DNA of 48,182 bases from Candidatus Uhrbacteria bacterium RIFCSPLOWO2_01_FULL_47_25 (GTDB lineage: Bacteria > Patescibacteriota > Patescibacteriia > GWA2-46-9), in contig MGEK01000006.1 in NCBI GenBank assembly GCA_001791325.1, positions 1 through 48,182 on the forward strand. The letters are read 5' to 3'. Each line of letters begins with the position of its first letter. The first letter of the stretch is position 1. Position numbers and translations under genes: made by a program. A model generated the notes under the pieces. The model saw only the letters and a program-made list of their open reading frames with translations, was not told the origin of the DNA and made no database searches. This document shows, one piece after another, positions 1 to 11,800 of the stretch.

Positions 1-1782
1 ATCACCACCACCTCAGCCACTCTTGGCGCGAATGTTACTTCAACTGGCGGGTCTACTATTAACGCCTATGGCACGTGCTGGGCACTTACGGCAAATCCAA
101 CATTGTCAACCGGCGACTGTGTAGCAGCTTGCTCCAGCGGTTGTTTAACTGGTATCTTTACCCATAGTCGCTCTGGATTCACGGCCAACACCCTTTATTA
201 CTACCGCGGCTACGCCACGAACAGCGTTGGTACTGGATATTCGGCTGATGATACGGTTTTGACCCTCCCTGGTACACCTGGCACGCCGACGTTCGCGAGC
301 GTGGCCGCTACGACCCTGACCGTCAACTGGACTGCTCCTGCTGGTGGAGCTGGCGGAACCCTCACCTACAAGATTGAGCGTTGTCAGGATCCTGATGGTG
401 GACCAGCTTGTAGCCCCACTTCGCAGATAGGCACTAGCGACACAACCTCTTACAACGACAGCGGTCTGACCGCCGGAAAGACGTACCGTTATCGCGTTCG
501 CGCCGCGAACACCACGGGTGACGGGGGTTACTCTGGCGTGGGGTCGGTGACGACGCTTGGCAACCCCACCGTTACTTCACCAACTGCCACTTCAATCACC
601 ACCACGTCAGCCACTCTTGGCGCAGAAATAACCTCGGATGGCGGCTCGGCAATCCTGGTTCGCGGCATCTGCTATGGAATATCTTCCGCACCAACTACCC
701 CATGTTCTACAGGTGGCACAGCAACAGGCATTTTTACTCATTCCATTACTGTTCTCAATCCAAATACCGCATATTACTACCGCGGCTATGCCACGAACAT
801 CGTTGGTATTGGATATTCGGCTGCTGACGGAACTTTTATAACACTGCCCAATGCTCCAGGTATGCCAACAGTGAGCAATCTTTCTCGCACAGATCCTGCC
901 GCTTCTACAACCCTTCAGGTTAGTTGGTCTGAGCCCACTGGCGGCGCGGCAAGTTATAAAGTTTATCGTTGTCAAGGTACGGGCTGCAATCCCAGTGCTC
1001 CGCCTATTATTACTGGCTTGGCTAGTACCAATTATAACGACAGTGGCCTTAGCCCAAACACTCTTTATCGTTATAGAATCATAGCCACTAATGCGGCAGG
1101 AGCAGATGGTAACCAATCGTTTGCAGCAGGAAGGTACACACGGCCCAATGCTCCAGGCACTCCATTTTTCACTGACGTGACGGAAAACAGTTTGATCGTC
1201 AACTGGACAGCGCCCGATGGTGGTAGCTATACTTATCAAGTTTGGCGATGTCAAAATTCGGGCTGTTCGCCAAACGTACTTGTTGATAATGATGAAGCGA
1301 ATCTTTCTTTTTATAACAGTGGCCTTGTTGCAAGTACGCTTTATCGTTATAATGTTCGCACTAAAAGTAGTTTATCAGGATTATTTAGTGCTGATTCTAA
1401 TATAGGCGAACAAACGACAGCCGCCCTTGCCAATACTCCTCCCCTTGCTAACATCACTGGCTGGCCGTCCGCTCTTGTTGTCGGGCGAATATATACTTTA
1501 ACTGCCGGGGGGAGCTCTGATGCTGAAGATTGTCCTTCTCCTTGTACTGGTTTGGGGAGTAGCTTTAATTTCAGCGCCTATGCATGGAGCATTGTAACAA
1601 AACCGTCGGGGAGCACTGTTGTCTTCAGTACTCCGAATCAATACAGCCAGTCGTTTACTCCTGACGTTGGTGGCACCTATGCCATTAGTCTGAGCGTGCG
1701 CGACTCGGATGGCGAGTGGAGCTCGGTTTACAATACGTCAAGCTCACGCACACTCCCCCGATGGAGAGAAGTTAAACCTTGA
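1..1782 (+). CDS. Fibronectin type III repeat surface protein with a C-terminal PKD domain and PilY1/PilC-like WRE tail (5' partial)
   Basis: Frame 1 is open from base 1. Repeated FN3 motifs (LTVNWTAP...YNDSGL...YRYRVRA), PKD-like end (YAWSIVTKP...FTPDVGGTYAISLSVRD), terminal LPRWREVKP. Confidence 0.85.
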   Translation: MTTTSATLGANVTSTGGSTINAYGTCWALTANPTLSTGDCVAACSSGCLTGIFTHSRSGFTANTLYYYRGYATNSVGTGYSADDTVLTLPGTPGTPTFASVAATTLTVNWTAPAGGAGGTLTYKIERCQDPDGGPACSPTSQIGTSDTTSYNDSGLTAGKTYRYRVRAANTTGDGGYSGVGSVTTLGNPTVTSPTATSITTTSATLGAEITSDGGSAILVRGICYGISSAPTTPCSTGGTATGIFTHSITVLNPNTAYYYRGYATNIVGIGYSAADGTFITLPNAPGMPTVSNLSRTDPAASTTLQVSWSEPTGGAASYKVYRCQGTGCNPSAPPIITGLASTNYNDSGLSPNTLYRYRIIATNAAGADGNQSFAAGRYTRPNAPGTPFFTDVTENSLIVNWTAPDGGSYTYQVWRCQNSGCSPNVLVDNDEANLSFYNSGLVASTLYRYNVRTKSSLSGLFSADSNIGEQTTAALANTPPLANITGWPSALVVGRIYTLTAGGSSDAEDCPSPCTGLGSSFNFSAYAWSIVTKPSGSTVVFSTPNQYSQSFTPDVGGTYAISLSVRDSDGEWSSVYNTSSSRTLPRWREVKP

Positions 1783-1821
1783 ATTGTCTCATTGAGCAAG
1801 ATAGATATTTTTGTTTGTTTG

Positions 1822-1857
1822 CACCACCTTCATTCACCATGGTGAATGAAGGTGGTG
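1822..1857. repeat. Perfect 36-bp palindrome (possible terminator or cruciform)
   Basis: CACCACCTTCATTCACCA|TGGTGAATGAAGGTGGTG with no spacer, about 40 bp after the stop of ORF1. Confidence 0.9.
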
Positions 1858-1926
1858 GATAATTATGGTCATACAGTTGCTTCGTCATATGCAGCCTTAC
1901 TCAACTGGATTTTTTGCACGGACGCA

Positions 1927-1964
1927 TATATACAAATTGTGACGATCGTCACAATTTGTATATA
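1927..1964. repeat. Perfect 38-bp palindrome
   Basis: TATATACAAATTGTGACGA|TCGTCACAATTTGTATATA with no spacer. Confidence 0.9.
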
Positions 1965-2089
1965 GCGCGATGGCCCATATAGCTATTTCCAGAGAGGTGT
2001 GTCATCAGTGTCGCCATGGAAGCCTCGGATGCCAAAAATTTGATTTTTTGGTTTCTTTGTGCTATACTATAACAGATATTTAAAAAAAT

Positions 2090-2818
2090 ATGCCCAATTT
2101 TTTGGTTGAAACAAAAATAGAACATAAAATATCTGGAGTGATTCTAGGGGTTGTTGTTCTATTGGCGGGGATAGTGATATATTCGGGCTGGCGCTTGTCA
2201 GTATCACGGCTTGATAATTTAGTATCAAAAGAACAGCCCTCGGACAAAGGTGATGAAGCTAAGCAGATGATGGTCGCGGAGATTATCAAAAGCGGCGACA
2301 TCGGGCAGTGCGTCAAGGTTCAGGGGCTTTTCATTAACGGCATAGATTACGAAGCAGTTTGTCGTAGTAATATCGCGCGCAATCAGGCGGTCAAGAACCT
2401 TGACCCCGCTTCTTGCGACCAAATTGATAACGCGCTTTTTTCAAAAGATGAATGCAAATTCGGCGTCACTCTTTCCAAGGCTCTGCAAACAAGTGACGTC
2501 TCTTTGTGCGCCACGCTGTCCGAAGCAGAGCGGCCAAAATGCCAGCTGGGATACTGGAGCGAGCAGGCCGTGGCAAAAAATGATATAAAATTATGCGCCA
2601 ATGTGGCAGAAGCGTCTGACCAGACGAAGTGCCAAGATCAGTATTATGTAAAACGCCTGATGGTTGAGCCCTTTGCCGTTGATTGCGGCAAATTATCAGA
2701 GACGATGAGGTTTTACTGCCAAAATTATCAAACAGTAATGCGCTCGGGAAAAAACTGTGACGATGTCTCGGAAATACGCCTGCAAGCCGCCTGTCGCGAT
2801 TATCGGGCGAAAAAGTAA
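2090..2818 (+). CDS. Membrane-anchored Cys-rich helical repeat protein
   Basis: N-terminal TM segment, then about 29-aa repeats of the form A..D...C..I.......C. Confidence 0.8.
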   Translation: MPNFLVETKIEHKISGVILGVVVLLAGIVIYSGWRLSVSRLDNLVSKEQPSDKGDEAKQMMVAEIIKSGDIGQCVKVQGLFINGIDYEAVCRSNIARNQAVKNLDPASCDQIDNALFSKDECKFGVTLSKALQTSDVSLCATLSEAERPKCQLGYWSEQAVAKNDIKLCANVAEASDQTKCQDQYYVKRLMVEPFAVDCGKLSETMRFYCQNYQTVMRSGKNCDDVSEIRLQAACRDYRAKK

Positions 2819-2835
2819 TAATAAATTGCCGGTGT

Positions 2836-5800
2836 ATGATAAATAAAATTTTTGGCGAGATCAGTACTAGTGTTTTGAAGGCACTCGGTTTTTCCTTGTT
2901 TATTCTCCTTTGTCAAATAATTGCTGGGATGAAGGCGAAAGGAGAAACCCTCCGGATCCACCAGATGACAGAGAAGGATGATACAGGGCGTCGGAGGAAT
3001 GAAAATAGAAAAATACCCCGCATCTTGTTGCGGGGAATACAAATGAGTTTCATTTTTTTCTTTATTGTCTCGCCGGTTAAGGCTTGGGAGCGCGCGGTTC
3101 CTACGAGCGGCAACGCGGCACAGGTGGCTGACAGCGTGATATCTAACGGGTATTTATATGCGGCTTACGACCAAAGTGTGGGCACTCATAGTGATTGGAA
3201 GATTTATAAGTATGGCGTGAATGATGGTTACGATGGGTGGACGGTTGTTACTTACAATGGAACTGGGAATACTGATGATCACGTAAGAAGTGTTACAACG
3301 GATGGCCCCAATTTATACGTGGCGGGATGTAGCATTGATAGCGGTGGCGCTTACAGTATTCGTCTCAATAGATATGATAGTCAAGGTAACCAGACCGGAA
3401 GTTATTCTTCGCTTGCTTCAACCAATGAATGCTTAAATAGTATTACCTATTATCTTGGGTATATTTACGGCGTTAGTAAGGATTCGGCAACTAACAAGGT
3501 TGAAATTTATAAATGGCCTACTGGGACTTTAAGCATCGTAAGCGGCTGGCCGAAGCCATACCAGTATGGAACTGCCCAGACCGAAGCTTATGATATCGCC
3601 GCAAATGTCGGCGGGGTATATATAACTGGTTTTGCCAACGTGACAGGACAGGGAGAAAATTTGTTAGTCGCGAAATTTTCTTTGACTGTAGGGGCGGTCA
3701 CATGGGTATATAACTGGAATTCAAGCGGTGCAAGCAATGAGAGAGGTAGCGGCCTTGCTCTTGATACATTAGGTAATATATATGTAGCAGGTTATACGAA
3801 TAGTGGCGGTACTGACGATTACTTAATAGTGAAGGTTACCAATGCTGGGACTCTTGTCATTGGTTCTTGGCCAGTCATTTATAATCACGGCTATGGCACG
3901 TCGGATGATCGCGCCGCTAGCATAAAATTTGATTTAACAACCAACAGAGTTTATGTTTCCGGTTGGGTTACTACCAGCAATGGAAGCGATTATTACACGA
4001 TGGTGCGCAGGACAGATGGCGGTTCAGTAACCGGTTTTGGCCCATCAGGCAAGGCAACAGGAACATCGGACGAAGCCAAATCAGTGGAGATTAACGGTTC
4101 AATAGTATATGTTACGGGAACCAGCGACTCCAAGATGTGGACAATTACTTATACCGCTACAGCCCCCCGTATTACTAGTCTAACTAACTATAATCCTCAA
4201 ACCACCTCTGGCGGTAAGCAAATTTTGATTAACGACAGTAATTTTGCGCCGTCAACTTACAAACAAAGGCCTATTGATATAACAAATAGTAGCGGCACAG
4301 CCCTGGCCAACTACACCGTTTTGGTGGATTTAAGTAGTGTGGCGTTTTCCGGCGAGGTTTCATTTTTTGATTCAGATTTGGTTACATATTTGAAGTATTA
4401 TGCAGAAGGTTCAAAAAAATATTCGGTGACGATTCCTAGCATTGGTGCTAGCGGCACGCGAATTTATGTAAGATACAATGGCGGGGCATTGTGGGTTCCG
4501 CCGAGCGACGCCGCTGGTACCTTTGCTTTATATGATGATTTTGAGCAGAATTATGCCAGTGGTTCTATGCCGGATGGGTGGCAAACTTATGGTTCGGGAG
4601 AGGTTCAGGTTGGCACTGATGGATCCAATAAGGTTTTGAAAAAAGTTACTAATTCTGACCCCAACGGCGGAGGTCGTGATTTATCCATTCCCATACAGTC
4701 CGGAGTCGGATGGGAAGCGTCAATGAAGATAAAATCTTTATCATCTGGCAAGGTTAAATTCAGTCTTGGTAATAGTAGCGCCGATGGCTATGGCGCTTCA
4801 GTATCTTTTGGCACGGGGCGCGGCCGTTTGTTTTATGGCTTACAAGACGACTTTAGAGACAGAACTCGGGCATGGAATGGCGGAACGTCATTTAATAACG
4901 AAGTGATTACTAATAGTGAGCAGCCCGTACCCAATGATGGTCAGATTGGCTGGGAAAAATTGGTTAATTCACCAAAAAACGAAGGGGAATATTTGGCTGG
5001 GCGCATAAGAATAAACGGTACGGGCGGCAAGGAATTGTACGCAAAGAGCTGCACTGACGACAATTGCATTATAGGTTTTACGGTGCCTGTTGCTTCTGAT
5101 GAAATGCCCATTTTTGATTTGGCCTATGAAGCTAGTTCTGGTGAAGGCTTAGCAGTATGGCGGGACAGTGTTACTAACACTAAATTTGATTACAGAATAT
5201 GGAACGGAACTTCGTGGGGAACCGTCTCATCTTATAATACAAGCGGTAATGCAATTCAATGGGTTAAACTTATACCTAATCCTGCTAATGATACTATGGC
5301 GCTCATATGGTCACAAACGGGCGGCAATGTGGGTGGTGTGATTTGGAATGGTTCTTCTTTTATCAATGCGTCGCCAACGTATTGCACGAATCTCAATAAT
5401 ACTGATATGTGGTCATTTGACGCGGTTTGGGATTTTAATGGAAGTAAACTTTTAGTAGCTTGTTCTTCTAATACTTCTGATGCCGCAACGCCGTATCTTA
5501 AAACCTATACCTATGCTGGGGGAACATGGAGTATGGCTACAACATCGTCCAGTATTACAGCAAAAACAACTGCTCAAGTGCAACTCTTCGCTAATCCCTC
5601 TGATGCAAACAAAATCGGGTTAATTAAAGCAGGCCCCTCTGGCACTGGCGCAATTCAGCTTGGTATGTGGAATGGTAGTACCAATACAATGACTATTTCT
5701 AAAGAAGTATCGTCATCATCAGAACAGGGATCACGACAAAACAACACTGCGGGAGCTTGGCTTAATCAGAATCAGGCCATTGCTGTCTATACGGTTTCAA

Positions 5801-8800
5801 CGGCTGGCGATAATAAATTGTATTATTCTTTATGGAATACCAGCTCATGGAGTAACGGTACAGTTATGAATATCTCATCTCCCATGACAGTGGACGCCCA
5901 AAAATGGATTCAGGTTGAACGCTTAACTGATGACAATGTGATGGTGACAGTGTCGGATGGCTCTAAAAATATATATTCTTTTACTTATACCTATAATGTG
6001 GGCTGGGCATTAGTATCGCCATATCCCTTAAACAGTGCCACGTTATCCCAAGATAATATGCGGCCGTTCTATTACGCGCCGGACCAGCGCTATTATAAGC
6101 AGACTCAGGATATTGAAAAACGAACCGCGGGAGTTAAAAGTTCTTTAAATAACGTAGCGCTCGTTATGGCATATAATACTTGGTATAAAATTGAAATGAA
6201 AAAAGCCGGGAGCAATCTTGAACTGGTTCTTAAGGATAACAACGGAGCTGAACTTGGCAGTGTTAGTGACACCAATTCAGTCTATAATAATTTCAGCAAA
6301 CTATTTATTCACGGCGATAAGAATTTTTATGTGGATGATATTCGGGTGCGGCCTTATGCGGGGAGTGTAGGCTCGGAAGGCGTGGAAGCTGTTGTAGGAG
6401 CTTCAGGCAGCGCCCCACCAGTTGTGGTTAAGATTGGCGGAGAGAATGGCGATGCGGCAACCGTAACGGGTGCTATTAACTCCCAAATAACCGCAACTGC
6501 TCCTCCAAAACCAGTCGGATTTTATGATGTTTATGTTCAGAATCCTGACGGGTCGTCAGAAATTTGCGTTGGCTGTATGGAGTATGTCGCCCCGCCGAGC
6601 GGGCTTTATATTGACGGTCAGTCGCCGGATTATAAAAAAATGGAATATGCGCCGGCCGATGTTGTTCAAGGTAGCGCCAATCAGCGTACTATAAAAGGCA
6701 CTGGTTATAACACCAACCCAAGCCTTTGTACCATTAGAGAGTTAGTGGGTGGAGTTGGTGGGCCTGACTGTTTGCCACAGCAATCAGGATTTCCACTAAG
6801 TAGCAACAACTTCAAACCGCCAAGCCGAAGCACTGGCTCAACCCTAACTCTTCGTGTTTATGGTAAAAGCGGTAGCGATCAGAATGGCATTTATACTGAT
6901 TTCCCCAACGCCATAACTTACGTAACTCCGCCGAGTATAACAAGCATAGATGGCGCAAGCCCAGATGCTAGAAAAATGGAATATGTGCCGGTAAATCCAG
7001 TGCCAGAGGTAGTATTTGATTTTGATGAGGGATCAGGTTCAACTACAAGTGATTCATCAGGGACCATGACGGGCACTTTGGCCAATAGCCCTATTTGGGT
7101 AGATGGACAGGAAGGATATGGCAAAGCGCTTCGGTTTGATGGCTATGCCCAGCCCAGCGATTATAAATATGTTTCCTTAGGCCCGGATGACGTACTTGAT
7201 GATTTGTCTCAAGGTACTATTATGGCCTGGGTAAAACCGGCGGTTAACAATAATACATTTAAGGGATGGTTCCAAGCTGGCAAAAATGGGCAGTGTTTGA
7301 ATTCTATTGAACTTGCGGTAATAGATAATCAGTTCGCTGTTTGGGGTGGTACACCACCACCACCACCGGGAGACGGTTGCATCGATCCCGGACCGACACT
7401 TTACGCTCAAGCCGAAATTACCGACACGCCTCTCAAGCCGTTTATTGGCTGGCACCATTTGGCTTATGTTGTAAACAATACTAGCCCCGATATTGGCTTT
7501 AAATTATATATTGACGGCACGGCCGTCACGCCGACTTTCCCCCTCACCCCGCCTCCCTCAGCCTCACCCTCGTCGCGTGGCAGTTCCTCGTCTACACTAT
7601 TCTTTGCGCAAATGGCTGGAAGTCCCCAAAAATATAGAGTCGGCGCGACCGAGTGGCCGCAGGAAACATTTAATGGATTGATTGATGATTTTCGCATCTA
7701 TGACGAACCCTTGTCCGCGGTAGAAATACTGGCCGCTATGAGCGGATCTCCAGCTAGCGTCCAAATGGTTGAAAGGGTCATAAGCGGTACCAATTTGGCA
7801 GATTTTTCGGGGCCTCCCACGTCCGGTTCGGTTGTTCAAACAAACGACGGAACCACAAAGACCGGATTTAATTTAACTGGTAAAAGTTTTTCGCAAACAG
7901 AAGTAATCAGAACTGTGCCAGGAGATCCTGAAAGTGCGAGCGTTGCCTTAACCCCAATACCGCAAACTTCCACACTCACACAAACAGATAATTCTAACAA
8001 TACCGCTTCGCCAAACCCTGCGCCTCCTCCTGCCACGATAAAAGGCGGATGGAATAATATTGGGTCAGTTTTTAATAATACCAGACAAAAAGGCAGGGGA
8101 GATGGAGCAAAAGTACAATTGAAGAAATCTATGAATTCTGATCCGGGAAGCGAGCCGCCTAGTTACAACGGCATTATCAATACAGTTGCGGGTATAATAT
8201 CTATGGCCACGGATGACAGCAATAATGTTTACATTGCTACGCAATTGGGTTCTGAAGCAAAGGACATAAAAAAATATAGTCCTGATGGAGCGCTTATCAC
8301 AGAATTTGATTCAAGTTCCCTTACTCCAGTTGCTGGATCGCCTACTGGTATAGCCGTAACACCAGATGGAAACTATATATATGTTTTATATACTTTTAGC
8401 GCAACTGATTGTCAGTGTGTAAAACAATTTGAGTTGAATGGAACAGCATATCAATTTACAAATAAAGTATTTAATGACGCTGGTAATGGCGGGAGTTATT
8501 ATAATATCGGACTTGCCGTGGATGATAGGAATGAGTATTTATATGTCGTAGACAATGCTAGAGTTAAAATACATAAATTTCGAGTCAGCGATGCAACAGA
8601 GGATACTACATGGGGAAGCGGTTTATCAAATCCGCACGCACTGGTATTTGATAGTACTTATACTTTCCTGTATTTGATGGATACTGGTAATAATAGAGTA
8701 GTGAAATTTACTACAAACGGTGTTAATGCTGGTACGTGGCCCTTTCCAATTGGTACTGGCGCCGGTCAAATTGTGTCTAATTCTGTATATGGTATAGCCC

Positions 8801-11800
8801 TTGATGAACAAGGCAATATGTATTTAGCGGACAGGGCTAATCGTAGAATACAGAAATTTAATTCTTCCGGAGCTCCCATAAGCCAATTTGGAAATAGCGA
8901 ATGTAATGCCGTCACTGCTAGTAATCAATGCTATACTATTGCCATTGATCCTGATTCAAATATTTATGTGGGAGATTATGATGGAAATGATCATAGAATA
9001 TATAAGTATAAATATAATTATTACTCCACCGGCACATATACTTCCTATGTTGACGGAGGGGGAGGCGCAAACCACGCGTGGAAGACGTTTTGGTGGGATC
9101 AAACACTAAATTTGGGCTCCACTATAGCCGCCAAGGTGAAAAGTTCTGATAGCGCCTCCGCGCCGAGTTTTGCGGGTTGTGATGATGTTACTAACGGAGC
9201 CTCATTGGTAAGTAATTCTTGCGTCAGTTCGGCAGATAGATATCTTTGGTATCAATTCACGCTTAATGCCGGTTCCGGTATCGTTATTCCTAATCCGATT
9301 GATACAGCGGGTGATGTTGGTAGAAATGCGTCGCTAGCAATCGGTCTTGATGGATATATAAGGATTGCTTATTGGGATATGACTAATGGCTATCTCAAAT
9401 TCATCCAATGCACCAATACTGAATGCTCCACAAATAACAAGACCACGCTTGATTCAGTGAGCAAAAACGGTTTTGATGTCAGTATGGTCATTGGCTCGGA
9501 TGGATATGCCCGCATTGCTTATTGGGATTACACTGTTTCCTCCGTCAAATTCATCCAATGCACCAATGCCGATTGCTCAACGAAAAATATAAATACTGTT
9601 GATTCTTCACCTGACCTTGGCAATATTTGGAGTGTCTCTCTAGCTCTTAACTCAAATAACTATGGGAGGATTTCCTATCATGAATATTCCAATGGCAACC
9701 TCAAATTTGCCCAATGCACCAACGCCAGTTGCTCAACGAAAAACATCACTATAGTTGATTCGGCGGGCGATGTTGGTTTTCATAATTCTATAGCCGTTGA
9801 TTCTAATGGGTATGCTAGGATTGCTTATTGGGATAGGACCAACGGCGACCTCAAATTTGCCCAATGCACCAGTGCCGATTGCTCAACGAAAAACATCACT
9901 ATAGTTGATTCGACAGATAATCCTGGTAGTGAGAATTCTATAGCCATTGGCTCGTATGGAAACGCTAGAATTGCATATTATGAGTTCGTCAGTAAAACTC
10001 TCAAATTTGCCCAATGCACCAGTGCCGATTGCTCAACGAAAAACATAACCACCGTTGATTCAGTTCAAGGCGCTGGTTGGTATACTTCTATAGCCATTGG
10101 CGCTGATGGGTATCCTAGAATTGCTTACCATGATCATATTAATGACGACCTCAAATTTGCCCAATGCACCAGTGCCGATTGCTCAACGAAAAACATAACC
10201 ACCGTTGATTCAGTGAACAATGTTGGTCAACATACTTCTCTAGCCATTGGCGCTGATGGAAATGTTAGAATTGCTTACTTTGACTTCAGTAATAAGGATC
10301 TTAAGTTAGCTTTTATTTTATCAGGTAATGCAACGACCCCGACTCTTGATGAGGTACGGGTAGATGTAGATACAGATACTTATCCAACCGATCCAACCAA
10401 GGGCATTTTCACTTCTGGCCCGATAGATATTGATTTTGGGGCTGAATCTTGGGGAGATTTTTCGTGGAATCCAACCACCCAACCAGGCAACAGTTCCATA
10501 ACCATGCAAGCCCGCTCCTGCGTCGATAGCAGTTGTTATATAGCTGATAGCTGGGGTCCATCATGCTCAATAAATAATGGGGGTTCTCTTTCTGGCAATA
10601 GTTGTGTACATGTTGGTCACAAATATATTCAATATCAGGCGACTCTCACTACGACAGACATTTCAGTAACCCCGTCACTTGATGACGTTACTATCAATTA
10701 CAGCGTTTACGGCGCGTCAGTCGGCGTCTCCTCGGTTAAGGTGGGGTCAAAATATGCGGCTGCCGTTAAAACGGGTCCATCGTCCACCCAACTTACGATA
10801 ACAATGCCATCACTCTCGGAAGGTACTTATAGCTTGTTGGTGTTTGGCGAAAACGGCAGTGAGCAGAACGGTGTTTCTGACATTTTGTTATCTGCCTTTA
10901 CTTATGAATATCGGCCGGGGGAGAACGGATCTAATCCTCCTCCAGATGGCCTGACGCTTACACAGCCATATATAGCAACTACGGGTGGAGATCCACGCCA
11001 ACGTATAATAACAAGTCAAGTCAGCAATTTGGGTAGTACTAGAAGCGTGGTGTTAGCTGATTCTGCAACAGTGGAAAGGCTGGTTGGCAGTACTGCCACT
11101 TCAATTACTTTTAATGTGCCAAATCATAGTAAGGGAGCCGTTGGGGTGATAGCGTATTCTGAACATGGCACCGCTGACAATGGAGTGTTTAGCACCGTTA
11201 CTTTGACTTTTGCTGATCCTCCCAAAATTAGTTATTTTGATCCTGGTCAGTGTTTTATCAACTTAGACGGTGAGCCGATAAAAGTTTTTGGCACTGATTT
11301 TAAGTTCGGAGATCCGCCCAATGATGGAGGAGTAGGCTTACTTAACGACGACACTGGCCTTTGGATGAATATCGCTACCGCTCCAGACCCAAATCCAAAC
11401 CCGGACGGAGTGATATTTACGCTACCCTCGGCCGCCGCCGCCGGATTAATAGACAGCCAGACCGGAGATTTAGAAATTGATCCAGCGACGGGCGAGCAGA
11501 AGGGGACCTTGTTGCGTTTTTATTCAACTTATAGTATGGAAGAATTTATATGGATGCCAATCTCTTATGGCAATAGGGCGCCTGTGCCAAAAATAAAGAT
11601 ACTTCTGAATGGGGTTGCAGAGTGGCCGAAATACTTAAAGCAGGGGCGCAGTTACAATTTAACCGGGCAAGCTAGCTACGATCCCGAACCACGTATTGAT
11701 GATTCTGATCTTTTATGCTCTCAAGGCGGCATAGTAAATTATGTTTGGGATGTCATTAACCCACCTAGTGGCTATAATGGAGATCCTTCGTGGCTTGGTC

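Noticed and set aside
9295-10320. CRISPR array or DGR target repeats
   Set aside because: The repeats are in-frame protein repeats of about 150 bp, differences are not adenine-specific, and no cas genes are present.
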